NCBI GenBank assembly: GCA_013239625.1
Contig: MU053594.1
Location: 1,148,536 to 1,212,535, forward strand
Direction: 5' to 3'
Length of the DNA: 64,000 nt
Source: Lama guanicoe
Lineage: Eukaryota
Shown: piece after piece, positions 10,560-22,349 of the stretch
Layout of the letters: the number at the start of each line of letters is the position of its first letter
How positions within the stretch are numbered: the stretch's first letter is position 1
Position numbers and translations under genes: made by a program
The notes under the pieces: generated by a model
Seen by the model: the letters and a program-made list of their open reading frames with translations, nothing else
What the model was told of the DNA's origin: nothing
Databases searched by the model: none

Positions 10560-12330
10560 ATCAATCTCGTGATCACCAAGTCTTACTTTATTGTTTCAGT
10601 GGACTTTTCTACGGCCTTTGAGTCTATTACTAACACGGGTTTAATTTTAAGTGAGTCCCTTCTCTGGCCCAGTAAATGTTTTTACTCACCTCTTGATGGC
10701 TCCCTAATGTCTCTCCTGCCTCTCTGCTGTTCCTCCCTGTAACATATGTCAACTTCAAGTCTCTCCAATTCACACACCAGCTTTGGGTAGAGGTGAATTC
10801 ACCCCCTTATCTAAGAAGGCTGAGGCCACCACATCTCTTCTCTTCCATTTCCGTACAAGCTTGTCTCTATTCTCATATTCTTACCTTGTCCAAAAAGAAC
10901 TGTTCTTTCAAATTTCAAGGCTAGCCATTCTGAGCAACACTCATGATTCCTTCTCCTCTAGTCTCCTCTGAGTTCTTATTTCATCAATTATCACCCTCCC
11001 CCTGGTATTTCCCTTCTTTGATTTCGCCTCCCAATTTGTCTGCCAAGATGTTCAAGTTACGCCTACTGGAAAGCAAAGCAAAAACTCAAACAAGCGAACA
11101 CGAGACCTGCTTGACCCTACTTCTCCTGTGATCTTTCATTTTATTTTCCTCATGCTTTTCTATTTCAAATTACCAGTCAGCTCACTAAACCTCTACAACT
11201 CCATCACCAGCAAATATTTTCCCTTCGTAATCTGATTTGTGTTTCCATGACCAAAGAGAAAGTGTTCTCTGCAAAATCTCCAGTGCTTTTACATCCACCA
11301 TGTCTAACTAACCGCTTTCCACTTGGCTTCCTCTTGGATACTTGGACATCATGGCCACGAATCTTAACATGGATGATTGTGGGCTACCCTTCACTCTACA
11401 TACCTCCACTGTCTCCTTCATGCTTTTGCAAAACTCTCTACTCCATCCCCTTTGCTTGTTAGCCTCCTATTCTCTTCTGGTTCTCACTTTGTCTCCTTTG
11501 CCTCAACCTCCCCTTAAAAGGTTGGTCTTCTCTGAAGCTCAGTGCTGGGCCTTTACCCTTCTCACTTGGTATGTCCTCCAATGATGACCTCACCTGCCCA
11601 GGTGCTAACTCCCAAATCTGTATCTTCAAGCCCAGCCTCTGCCCTGAGCATCTGTCTAGGCATCTCCTCCAGCCAGCCTTATCAGCTCCTTGACATATCA
11701 AGTTTGAACTCATCATTTTCTCCCCTAATTCCACTCCTCCTCACTTCCTTCCCTCACCTTCCATCTATGCAGCTCCAAGTCAGAATGTTTAGAATCCTTA
11801 TCACCTCCTTTCCTTTGCCTCTAATTACCAGTTCTGCCAATTTAATCTACTGAGTATTTCTCAAGATTCTTTCCACCGTTCTTCCCAGAACTTCTGCCCC
11901 AGTTCAGGCCCTCATCATTTCTTGCCTGGATTCCCAGTCGGTTTCTGTGCCCCTAGGCCTTCCTTCTCAAAGCAGTCCTCCTCAGAGCACGAAGATCTAT
12001 TTTTAAAACATGAATCTGACCCTGTTACTCTCCTGCTTTAATCACTTGGATAAAGTCCAAGCTGCTTAACATGGAGTAAAAGGCCCTTCCTGATCTGCCC
12101 CTGCCAATTCCTCCACGCTCACCTCCCACCGCAGCCTCCTCTAATCTTCATTCTCAGTAACAGTGAGCTGCTTGTGGCTACCCCTCCCCCAGCTTACACT
12201 CAGTCTCTGCTGTTACTTAAGTCTGTACCTTTGCTCCTGCCAACCGACCCTCCTTCCTGGAATGCGAAGCCCACCGTCATTGGCTGGATGAGTCCTACTA
12301 GGTTCAACACCCTCAGGGCTTCCTTAATAC
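10560..12330 (+). mobile_element. Long degenerate L2 LINE (ORF2 and 3' region, fragmented)
   Basis: Pyrimidine-rich L2 motifs CTCAGTGCTGGGCC, ACTCCCAAATCTGTATCTTCAAGCCCAG, CCAGTTCAGGCCCTCATCATTTCTTGCCTGGA, GGATAAAGTCCAAGCT. Confidence 0.75.
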
Positions 12331-12544
12331 ACCTTAATTACTGCACTAACACGGTGTTTGATGGCTGTGATGGTTGTCCCTTATTTCTGTGTTTCCTGTT
12401 TTTCCTTTTTCTTTTTGTCCCCCTCTAAAAAAAAAATTATTATATGCTTATTACGTGCTTTGTTGGAAACTGCAAATCAATGATAGAATGACAGACCAGG
12501 TCTTTGATCCTGTGGTGTTTACGGATATGTGAGTCCCCTTGGTC

Positions 12545-12660
12545 ATCCTAATCTATGTTCTGGAATTCGAAACGTATCCTAATACATTTATATTTTCTGT
12601 CTCTATCATCTTTTGAAATAATGAATTCCATACACTATTGCCTACTGTGGGAAGTAAAGA
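12545..12660 (-). mobile_element. CR1/L3-type LINE 3' fragment
   Basis: TATATTTTCTGTCTCTATCATCTTTTGAAATAATGAATTCCATACACTATTGCCTACTGTGGGAAGTA resembles a reverse CR1 3' region. Confidence 0.5.
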
Positions 12661-12920
12661 GCAGACCAGCATGAAAGTTAAGAACTTTAGATTTGGAAAT
12701 ATTAGAGTTCAAACCTGGCTCTTCCACATGCGTGATGTTTGATTCTGATCTAATTACTTGGCTTCATTGAGCATCGGTTTTCTTATAAGAAGAAGAATAT
12801 CTAACTTCTAAAATACTTGTGAGTATTATATGTGATAACATTGTAAAAAAAAAGAAAAACGACAGTCAGCTCAGTGTCTGCCAGGTGGTAAATACTCAGT
12901 AGGTGGTAACTTGCAATTAT
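12660..12920 (+). mobile_element. MIR SINE (near full length)
   Basis: GTTAAGAACTTTAGATTTGGA...GTTCAAACCTGGCTCTTCCAC...GCTCAGTGTCTGCCAGGTGGTAAATACTCAGTA. Confidence 0.75.
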
Positions 12921-13014
12921 TACTCAAGTATCAAAGGGTGTGGTATAGAAAAAAATCACAGGAATTAAGACCTTAGGCAAATCAATGAAACTCTCTTGGC
13001 TTTTGTAGAGTAAT

Positions 13015-13548
13015 CATTGCTCCTCGCTATTCATCCTTCTTAGAGAACCACCCCATCTCCAGTTCTCTGTGCTCTGCCTCTTCACCGTAACTGATGGAAA
13101 CAGAGGTCAACACTTGAATTCAATTGAACAGAATCAGATTCTCTCCCAGGAATCTGCGATTTGGGTACTGAGACACTGGCTCAGATAATGAGGGGCATAT
13201 GAGGAGAAAGGTGTGTAGCTGTGATGAAAGTCAGAAAGCCAAAATAGTGAGTGGAAGTCTGAGTTACGGGAAAGCCCTGGAGTGTCCATAGAGAGAGGAA
13301 GTGTCAAAGCAGAGGACAGAGCAGAGAGGAGCAGAGATTGGAAAGAGGTCATTCTTCCCTGAGGGACGGACAAAGAAATCTCTACACCAGAGATTCCAGT
13401 TTCAGGTCCCTTGAATTCTTCTGGTGAAGCCTAGTTTTCTGGTTTTTGTACGTCAGTAAAATTGACAGTCATCTCTTCATATGAAGTCCTTTTCCTTAAG
13501 CTGGCTTGAATGGGTCTCCGTCCCCAGCAATTAAATGATCCTTAATCA
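13015..13548 (+). mobile_element. Old ERVL-MaLR LTR (MLT1K/L-type)
   Basis: AATCAGATTCTCTCCCAGGAAT; GCAGAGAGGAGCAGAGA; end CTTAAGCTGGCTTGAATGGGTCTCCGTCCCCAGCAA. Confidence 0.65.
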
Positions 13549-13599
13549 TTAAGGTTGCTCCCAACTTAGAAACCACATGCTACGGTTTTATACTCTCCT

Positions 13600-13990
13600 T
13601 TCAGTCTCCCATCTTAGAATTTGGGGTGGGAGACGACTTTGGCAACTTTGTTTAAAACGTTCCTTGTTATATGGATTTGGGTCACGTCTTCTTCATACCT
13701 AGAGTGAGGAATCTGGAATTCTTCGAGTTTTCCTCAAATGGAAGCTTCTTCCTCCTCCTCCTTCTGAAACTCCTTCCAGTAGATGTCCCCTTTCATATGC
13801 TTTTTTCTCCCCCAAAGGAGAAAAAAAAGTCTAAATTCTTACAGAATTTTAAGTTTAAGGGACGGTAAAGGAAATTTAAATTTAAAAGAACTTTAAATTT
13901 AAAGCAAGACTAATGCTTGGTGTGATTTCAGATACCCAATACTTTGTAGATCTTTTGGGCTATAACAAGCAGACATCTGGGGATGCTTTT
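13600..13990 (-). mobile_element. CR1/L3-type LINE ORF2 3' fragment
   Basis: AGAGTGAGGAATCTGGAATTCTTCGAGTTTTCCTCAAATGGAAGC...CCTTCTGAAACTCCTTCCAGT resembles reverse CR1 ORF2. Confidence 0.45.
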
Positions 13991-14398
13991 TCTGTATTAT
14001 CCAAATGGTAGCCGTATGCGGCTATTTAAATTTAAATTAATTAAAAATGAATAAAATTAAGGGGAGGGTACAGCTCAAGTGGTAGAGCACATGCTTAGCA
14101 CGCACGAAGAACTGGGTTCAATCCCCAGTACCTCCTCTAAAAATAAATAAACCTAATTACCTCCACCAAAATAAAATAATCATGTAATACAATGATAAAT
14201 AAATAAAAATTTAAAAAGAAAAACACCCTTATTATAAATATATATATATATATATATACATAATTTAACATTCAATTCTTCACTTTTACTAGTCATTTTT
14301 CAAGTCCTCAGTAACCACCTGTGACTGGTGGCTATTGTATTGGATACTGCAGATACAGATTTTCTCCTTTGCAGAAATTTCTACTGACAGTGATGCTC
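13991..14398 (-). mobile_element. MER3 hAT-Charlie MITE, interrupted by a Vic-1 SINE
   Basis: TCCAAATGGTAGCC...GGCTATTTAAATTTAAATTAATTAAA on the left; TTCAAGTCCTCAGTAACCACCTGTGACTGGTGGCTATTGTATTGGATACTGCAGATA...GCAGAAATTTCTA on the right. Confidence 0.8.
14061..14265 (+). mobile_element. tRNA-derived SINE, camelid Vic-1 type, with A-rich and (TA)n tail
   Basis: GGGGAGGGTACAGCTCAAGTGGTAGAGCACATGCTTAGCACGCACG...GGGTTCAATCCCCAGTACCTCC...AAATAAATAAACCTAATTACC; same family as 6383-6501. Confidence 0.9.
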
Positions 14399-14739
14399 AG
14401 AGGCATCTAAGTTCCAGATCAAGGAAGCCTGCAGTAGGAGACAGTCCCACAGATTTAGAGAGTGAGTCCTGGGTAGAAGAGGCAAGATAGTGACTCTCAG
14501 ATCAGGTGATATTTGAAGATTATGTCTGTGGGTAGCAGAGGCCTGATCAACCAGCTGGACTTTAGAGACAAGACTCCAGCTCCTGGGGAGGAATAGGGTG
14601 TTAGCTGGTATAGCCGTGTTGTCTGTTAGCTCATAGGCTATTAGCCAACGCTAGTCACTTGTCTCCACCTCACCTTTCAGAGTGGCTTGGAAATAAATGG
14701 ACAGGATCATATGTACATTTGTTTGCACTATCTCTACAA

Positions 14740-14900
14740 AGCTAGAAAAAGCAAGATGGGTCTCTGGCCCCATGGGTAATGGCTTTCTGTCAGGTAATAA
14801 AGGCAGAACTCTGAGCTGTGAGCTCCTTGAGGACTGAGTCGAAGCCAGCAGTCACAGGCACCTAACACACAGCAGGGACTTAACAGATAATTGCTGGATC
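14740..14900 (+). mobile_element. L2 3' tail
   Basis: CTGTGAGCTCCTTGAGG...CAGGCACCTAACACACAGCAGGGACTTAACAGATA. Confidence 0.6.
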
Positions 14901-15189
14901 GTATTGACCCAGGTACCAAAGCTGGGGCCCACGTGGCCACTGGGCCTCAGAAAGAGGGAAGACCTGAAGCTAAGGCCCAGGAGGTTGGGCTGGATGCTCG
15001 TAAAGGCCCTCCGATTGCAGAGGGATTTGCCCGGAAGCTAGGACTGAGATCACAGCTCAGACCTCAGCCGCAGGGAGAGGGAAACTGAAGGGACTGACTT
15101 GCCAGCACAGTTGCTGTGTTTTGCTCATCCACATCATCTTAAGGTCTCGCCCTGGTCTAATCTCTTCAGCTTGGTACTTTATTTATGGA

Positions 15190-15505
15190 AATGATTTAAT
15201 GTCAGCTGCAAACATGGAGATTTTATTGGCAGTGTCCCTATCAAGATCATTGGTAAAGACCTAGTCCTGATCCTTTGTGCTTATCTCCCGGGAGGAGTGA
15301 CCATCCATTTATCCTTATCCTTTATTTTCTGTGCCTGAACCCATTCCTTGCTGCTAACAAAGCCATCTTCCTCACTTAGCCATCATGCCCCGATTTCTTA
15401 TAGTTTTTGAAATGGAATCTTGCCAAAGGCTTATTGAAAGTCTGAGTGGATTATATCCACCAGTCCCCTTATCTACATGTCTATTTATTCACTTCTAGAA
15501 CATCC
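15190..15505 (-). mobile_element. CR1/L3-type LINE reverse-transcriptase fossil
   Basis: Minus-strand translation gives VDIIHSDFQ*AFGKIP (15460-15413) and VFTNDLDRDTANKISMFAAD (15260-15201), matching the CR1 RT motifs VDIIYLDFxKAFDKVP and IFINDLD...SKFADD. Confidence 0.8.
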
Positions 15506-15514
15506 ATAAATAAA

Positions 15515-16025
15515 CGTTGGCTCTGTCCCAAGGTTCAGTCCTTGGGGCTCTGTTCCTGTCTCTTTATTCTCTCACATAGGGATCACATCTACTGTTAAAG
15601 CTTTAACTGCCTCCTCCCCAGGGATGAGGGCTACAACTCACCCTCCTTCTAAGCTCCAATTCTGCATCTGCCACTGATGTCTCCCTCCCTGAATGTCTAA
15701 AGCTGAGTATAACACCTCCCTTCCAAAACCCAGTCCCCCTCTTGGCTCTCCTATTTCTGTCTCTTGAATCATCAACTTTCTAGTCGCTCGGGCTTAACAC
15801 CATGACTCAGCTCTGATTCCTCACTCTCTCTCCCTACACTCCCATCCCAAATCTAATTAGTCACCAAGTCCTGTGCTTCCTTCGTCATGCCTCTCAGATC
15901 TTCTCTCTTTCCCTTTCGCACTGTCACCACTTAAATTTAGGCCCCTGTAGCTTTATTCTTGGAGTAGAAGACACACTTATTGCAAAAGCCTCTTTGCTAT
16001 GCTTCCGCTTCTACCAACTCCTCTG
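15515..16025 (+). mobile_element. L2 LINE fragment
   Basis: TGTCCCAAGGTTCAGTCCTTGGG...AATGTCTAAAGCTGAG...TGATTCCTCACTCTCTCTC...AGTCACCAAGTCCTG. Confidence 0.8.
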
Positions 16026-16039
16026 ACATTTATACAGAT

Positions 16040-16185
16040 TAAGCCACTGGATTTGGAAACATCTAGACCTGTATTCAAATCCCAGTGCTATCATTCATAA
16101 GCTGTGTGACCTTGGACAAGTTACTTAACCTCCCTGAATCCCAACTTTCTTATCTTCAAAATATAATGAATAATTACTTAAGAAA
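16040..16185 (+). mobile_element. MIR SINE, 5' part (tail resumes at about 16420-16455)
   Basis: TTCAAATCCCAGTGCTATCATTCATAAGCTGTGTGACCTTGGACAAGTTACTTAACCTCCCTGA. Confidence 0.85.
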
Positions 16186-16420
16186 TCATTAAGCATTTGC
16201 TATTTTACTGTGTCCTAGATAGAGTGGACATTGTTTCATTAAATATCCCACAATAAACTTATGAGGTAAGTATTATTATTAACCTTATTTTACAAATGAG
16301 GAAGCCCACAAAAGTTAAGTGATTTGTCTAAGGCCACATAGGTAGTAAGATTCAGAGCTCATGTTCAAACCTAGACAGTTTGATTCCACAGTCTATATCT
16401 AACCATTCTGCTACCCTGCC
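16186..16420 (-). mobile_element. MIR SINE, apparently inserted in antisense into another MIR
   Basis: ATGAGGTAAGTATTATTATT...ATTTTACAAATGAGGAA...GTTAAGTGATTTGTCTAAGGCCACATAG...TTCAAACCTAGACAGTTTGATTCCA. Confidence 0.85.
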
Positions 16421-16629
16421 TCTTAACATAATAGTTACTCAGTAAATGTTAACCTGTATAAATAATAAATATCTAAAACTCAGCTTTGATCTTCCTGACA
16501 AAAAGTCTCCATCAGTCAGACTTTGGAGAACAATGTCCACTAGATTTAAAACTGTGTGATGGTACCCACTACCTAAAACATTTCAATATCTTCTCATTAT
16601 GATTATGATTTTTAAAAAACCCATAGCAT

Positions 16630-18815
16630 ATTAATGCTTCTGGTTATTACAGAGCATTATGTATTAGACTAACATTCTCAGTAAGAAGCATAAAAGCTGG
16701 ATGAAATTACAAAACGGTTACATGGAAGTATAAGAGAGTATTCAGGGCATCCAGAACATGAAATGTCAAAATCCTAAAGAGATAAAGTTATAGTTTTAAA
16801 TGAATATATTAGAAAAGAAAAGCTTAAAGTCAACTAAGTATCTCTTCCAAAAAGTGCAAAAAAGAACAATAATTAATCCCAAAGAAGGTTAAAGGAAGAA
16901 AAAAATAAAGAGCATAAATCAATAAACAGGAAATAGAGGTACTATAAAGAAAGTCAACAGAGCCGAACTTTGGTTCTTTGAAAAATTTTAATAAAATTGA
17001 TAAATTTGTAGCAAGGTTGATCAGGAAAATAGGAGATAAGGAAAAAAACATTATGAATAAAAATGGAGGCATTACTAAAAGCCTTATACATATTAGAAGA
17101 AATCATAAGATGTTGTTATGACTGACTTCAAGAAAATAAATTTGAAAATTTAGATGAAATGGATAAAGTCCTAGAAAAATATAAATTTACTAAAACCAGC
17201 ATAAAAAGAAATAGAAAATTGGAACAGTTCCATACTATTAAAGACATTAATCCTTATTTTAAATCTTCCATAAAGAAAATTCTAGTTCCAAAAGACTTCA
17301 TTGGTAACTTTTTCCAAAATTTTAGGAAAAAAAAAAACAAAAACCCTGCAAATCTAACCAGCTCGTTCAAAAAATAGAGGAGAAGGAGACATTTCTTAAC
17401 TCATTTTATGAGGCCAGCATAACTTTGACATCAAAGTTTGACAAGTATATTACAAAAAAGGAAAATTATAGACTAATCCCCCTCATGAAAATAGAAGCAA
17501 CTTTAATAAAATACGAAAACATTTAATTTAGCAAAATATGAAAAGAATAATATATTATGGCCTTGTAGAATTTGTTCCAGGAATTCAAAAATTGACATTA
17601 GAAAATCAAAGTAATTCATCAGATTTATATAATAAAAGAGAAAAATCATATAATCAGCTCAATAGATGCTGAAAATATTTGACTAATTTCAAAACTGCTC
17701 ATGATAAAAAAAACCTGTGAGGAAATTAGAATAGAGGGGAGCTTCCTTTCTTGATAAAAGATATCTTCTAAAATTCTGCTCACTGGTGAAATGCTGAAAG
17801 CTTCCACCCCAAGACTTATGAGACAAGAATGTTTGTTATCATTGTTTCTACTGAGCATGGTATTGGATATACTAGCCAGGGCAATAAGACAGTCATTATT
17901 TGCAAATGACATGATTGCTATGTAGAATATCCAGAAATATATTCAATAAATTATTAGAGTTGATGAGTAATTTTAGCAAAATCTTAACATTTCTACATAC
18001 TAGGAGAAAGCAATTAGAACATGAAATTAAAGAAAGATGTCACAATGTCAAACCACTAAGTAATATGCTTGAAACAAGCATAATGTTGTACATCAACTAT
18101 ATTTCAATTAAAATACAAAAATAAGCAAAAAAATAAAGATGCTATCACAATATTATTAAAACTATCAAATAACTAGAAATAAATTGAATCAAGTACATCT
18201 AAAGAAACTACAAAACAGAGAGAGAAAAAAGAAAACTAAGTAAATAGAGGAATGTTTTCATATTAAAAGATTCAGTATTATAACATTGTCAATTTTCCTT
18301 AAATTGACTGAAAAGATTAACACAAGTCTAATTAACATGCTGGTAATATTTTGTACGTGGAAACTGACAGGATGATTTTTAAATTTACATTGAAACGCAA
18401 AGACAATACCATCTTGAAGAAGATGGTAGTTGAAGGAGAACAAGGTTGGATGTCGACTTATTATAATAGTAAAGTAACTGAAGGCATATGTTGTTGGTAC
18501 AATGATAGCCAAATAGATCAGTGGAATAGAGTGGGGGGGTCTAGAAACAGACTGACACAAATATTGTTCCCTGCTTTATGGCGAAAGTGCATTGTTATGC
18601 AGAGTGTAAGAGACGATCTTTCCTATGAATTCTGTTAGGTTAGCTGGATATGTATATAGAAAAAAGAATTTTGACTTCCATGTAACACTAAATACAAAAA
18701 CCAATCCAAGAGGGACGGCAGACCTAAATGTGAAATGTACAACCATGACGATCACATAGAAAACTGTCTTCCTGATCCTGATGTAGGAAAGAATTTCTTG
18801 AGACACAAAAAGCAC
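16630..18815 (+). mobile_element. Old L1M LINE, decayed ORF2 (RT region) with a short nested L1 tail at about 18046-18134
   Basis: A-rich; decayed ORF2 motifs MDKVLEKY (17159), SSIDAE (about 17655), SLFANDMI (about 17892), WYNDSQIDQWNRV (about 18495); many stops and frameshifts. Confidence 0.9.
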
Positions 18816-18918
18816 CTGTTTCCATAGTTTTAAAAATCACCCTAAACAGAATCTCTGTACCCACTGAGCAATAACTTCCCTTCTCTCTCTTGCTATCCTC
18901 TCTAATCTGCTTTCTGCC
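18816..18918 (-). mobile_element. L1 3' UTR fragment
   Basis: ATCACCCTAAACAGAATCTCTGTACCCACTGAGCAATAACTTCCC...CTAATCTGCTTTCTG. Confidence 0.65.
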
Positions 18919-19329
18919 AAGGAAGGACCCTCCAAAGCTCCCTGAAGGGGTGGGACTTAAACTGGTATCTGTTGGAAGAAGAGGAGTTAGGCTAAAAAGA
19001 GAAGCAAAATTTTTTTTTGTTTTTTTTTAATGCAACAGGAATAATATGTGCCAAGACCCCGAGGTGGGAAGGAAGAAGAAATACATAAGAAACAGAATGA
19101 AGGCCGGGGATTAAAACAGGAAGAGGGAGCTGCGGCTGGGTCTTTCTCAACTCAGGAGAGTCTAGGGAAGACAGAAATATGTGGAGCCCTCCCAGCACCC
19201 ACCTGCCCAATGCACCCAGGTTGAGGCGAATGCAGCTCGGCCAACCTCCGAGTGGGGACAGGGAGGACCCTGCTAGCTCTGCCTGGCGTCTGTCGAACGC
19301 CGTCCCCTCATCATACTCCTATCAGAGCA

Positions 19330-19490
19330 TTTGCTGCAGTTCCAACCTGTGAATATTCGGTTCACTTCTGAGTCTCCCGGTGGATTGCAGGCTCCATGAG
19401 GGCAGGGCGGTGTGGCTTTTGTTCACCATTCAAGTCTGATGGATAGCGCAGTGCTCGTGGGTATTGGGTGAGTGAATGAATGAGTGGGTG
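19330..19490 (+). mobile_element. L2 3' tail
   Basis: GGCTCCATGAGGGCAGGG...TTTTGTTCACC...GAGTGAATGAATGAGT. Confidence 0.75.
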
Positions 19491-20076
19491 AGGGAATCCA
19501 AGGCTCTCCAAAAGCAGCCTGCAGTCACGTATCCAACTGCCTGACAAGAACCCTCATTCCTGATTGTTCCTTTGACTGACCTCAGTGTGGGCCACCCACT
19601 TCTCCGCCAACACACACACACACTCCCGCCTGCCTAGCTGAAAGCTGGGCCACTGTGCTACCTTGCTCCTCTCCACTTCCTTCAGCTCCTATTTCCTGGA
19701 GGAGCCGGGAGTGGGGGTGGAGCAGGCTGCTCTGTCCCGCTGCCTGATTGATCTCCTCTGCACTCGCTGGCTTGGGTGGTTGTTCCTGTGGCTCTGCCCC
19801 AGGCAGGATGCAGCGGGAACCTTTTCAAGCTGCCTTGAACTAGGACAGCTTAAGTGAACCTTAGACCACTCCTGAGTGATTGGTGTGATCGCTCCGCCCT
19901 GCCGTCAAGCTCCGGTCTTCCCGGGGAATGAGTTTGCTGTTCTGGGTCACGGTTTCAGCATTCCAGTCAATTTCCCACTCATCACATGGCCCAGTGGACC
20001 GGGACCCAGAGCCCAGGATTCCAGCCTCTGGTCCCACCCTCTCTCATCCCGCCTGAGAAAACCTGATGGGGTTTCT

Positions 20077-20291
20077 TTTTTAATTCTTACTTTTTATTGA
20101 AGTGTAATTGATTCACAATGTTAGTTTCAGGTGTACAGCAAAGCAATTCAGTTGTCCATATACATACATATATATTTTTTTTCAAATTCTTTTCCATTAT
20201 ATGTTATTGCAAGAAATTGAATACAGTTCCCTGCGCTATACAGTAGGTCTTTGTTGTTTATTTTATATACAGTAGTGTGTATCTGTTAATT
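20077..20291 (-). mobile_element. 5'-truncated L1 3' end (lineage-specific)
   Basis: TTTTTATTGAAGTGTAATTGATTCACAATGTTAGTTTCAGGTGTACAGC...GTTCCCTGCGCTATACAGTAGG; TSD-like ATGGGGTTTCT (20066-20076) and ATGGCGTTTCT (20292-20302). Confidence 0.85.
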
Positions 20292-20619
20292 ATGGCGTTT
20301 CTGAAAGCAAAAGCTGAAACATCAGGGATCAGAGGAGTTAAAGAGGCAATTTATTAACTGCTGTGCAAGATGGGGGTGATGGGGGAGGGGTGCTTCTGGT
20401 TCCTGTTTTCCTTGGGCAGGGGGGGACCCTCCAGAGGCCATCTGGCCATCTTCCTGCTTCATCACCCTGAATGACAGGTGTATCTGTGCCATACTGCTCG
20501 TCCCCTCCAGAGGTTCCCTAGAAAGTTTACCTCCTGGACCTATACTAAATTTCTTTTGCTTCGTTTCAGTGTTGACTCCAGTTATCCATTCCGGAGACAG
20601 AGAACGGTGGTATCGACTG

Positions 20620-20980
20620 CCATCATTCAGTCGTGCTTTCATTCACTGCACATGTATTTACTGTGTGAATACCACATGGCAGGCCTTGTGCTGAGACTTG
20701 AATGTGGTCCCTGCCCTCACGGAGTTTCAGATTAATTGACAATAAACTGGAAACTATTTACATATTATAACAAACGAGGTGAGGAAGAAAAATTAGCTGT
20801 TGTCATAGATGGCAAGAGGTGGGGGGAGGAGGCAGGTGGAGGGACTGCTTTAGATTTCGAGGCCAAGGAAGACCTCTCTGTGGAGGTGCTATTTAAAGCA
20901 AGAAGGAGTCAGACACCAGGCATGAGCAGTGTGGGAAGAGCATCTCTGGAAAAAGGAACAGCATATGTGAAGAAGCTGGG
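20620..20980 (-). mobile_element. L2 3' region
   Basis: TTCATTCACTGCACATGTATTTACTG...TGGTCCCTGCCCTCACGGAGTTT...GGAAGACCTCTCTGTGGAGGTG. Confidence 0.75.
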
Positions 20981-21329
20981 TCCCAGGGGCAGTGCTCAAA
21001 GGGGAGTCTTGCCCTCCTGCAGAGGACATGGTGTACCCTCCAGCCTCCGGCTCTGACTTCTCACCACTGAGGAGGAGCAGGAATCCCTTCTCCACACAAA
21101 TGCCTCTTTCTCCTCCAGCAGAAGCCTCATGCCAGCCCACCCAGCCCTGCCAGCAGTGTCAGCTGATTGCTGGGCACTTACAATCAACAAAGAGGGAGAG
21201 AATTAGGAGCAGGGACAATTCCCACCGGTGTCACTGAGGCCATCTGGCTGGGAGGACAGGCTGCAGCGAGGGCATGCTTTCTGCTTCCCTTCTCCCCACA
21301 TCCCTCAAGACAAGGAGTGATGCTGATTG

Positions 21330-21470
21330 TTGCCACCAGCTCAACTTCTTGCCTTCCTGTCACATTTCATGGTTTATAAGAAGCTTTCACGTGCATTATT
21401 AGCACATGTGGTCCTCCCAGCACTGCTATGAGAGAGATACGGGACTGACCGCCCCTGTTTTCTGATCAAC
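21330..21470 (-). mobile_element. MIR SINE fragment
   Basis: GGTTTATAAGAAGCTTTCACGTGCATTAT...TCCTCCCAGCACTGCTATGAG. Confidence 0.55.
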
Positions 21471-21665
21471 ATATCAGTTGCTTCAGGCACCATCTTCTCT
21501 TCTTTCCCACTCTGCCCCCTAAAACCTTCTTCATTTTACTTCTTTGATGTTTGCTGGCCTCTCCTCCACTCTCTCTCTTTCCCCAAAGGCTTCTCTTGAG
21601 AGAAGAGCAAAGCAGGTCAGAGGCCAGGTGATAGGTTGGTTATAGGATGGTTAGTGCCCATCCAT

Positions 21666-22349
21666 GTAGTCGCTGTTGGCTGCGTGCTTTTTAGCCATTC
21701 CCCCATCTCTTGCTGATAAACTTCCAGTTTTTGTTTAGATGTGTCCCCAGCTCCAAAGGATGAATCATAATTGGTTTAAGCCAGCCGTGGACATCTGATC
21801 CCTGTTGACAGTAATTGACCCAGGGATGGGCATGTGACCCAGTTCTGGCCAATGGAATGCAAGTAAACAACTGGAGGATTCTGAGAAAGGTTTTACTGCC
21901 TGATAATAGGAGAGCTAAAGGAAAAAGAACTCCTTCTTTCACCCTTGCACTCTTCGGTCTGGGTTGGGACACTGATCTGTGAGAATGTGATTCTGGAGCT
22001 CTGGCAGCCATCTTGTGATGATGAGGGTGGCAGAGCAAAAGATGGGCCAAGCCTGGTGAAGGTAACAGTGAACTCTGAGTTAACCCTGGGGCCACCTAAC
22101 ACTAGGCTCCTTATGAATAAACAACACATGTCTTTGAGGTTTAAATCTTTAAATCCTTGCTAGTCAGGGTGTAAGTCCTGGACAAGAGCATCAGTAGCAC
22201 CTGGGAGCTGGCTAGAAATGCAGGTGTCACTTCAGACCTACTGGATCAGAAAGGGCATTTCAGAAAGCTCCCTTGGTTGTTTGAAAGGCACTGGTTTAAG
22301 CCAGTCAGATGTTTCTGAAACTTGCATCCCGAAGCATCCTGACTTGGCA
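21666..22349 (+). mobile_element. Old ERVL-MaLR LTR (MLT1H-K-type) with a MER5A nested near its 3' end (about 22165-22295)
   Basis: GGGCATGTGACCCAGTTCTGGCCAATG; GGCAGCCATCTTGTGA; LTR end ACTTGCATCCCGAAGCATCCTGAC resumes after MER5A-like GCATCAGTAGCACCTGGGAGCTGGCTAGAAATGCA...CAGACCTACTGGATCAGAA. Confidence 0.75.

Noticed and set aside
16630..18815. Potentially active reverse transcriptase
   Set aside because: L1 ORF2 is fragmented by stops, frameshifts and deletions, and the catalytic FADD reads FAND
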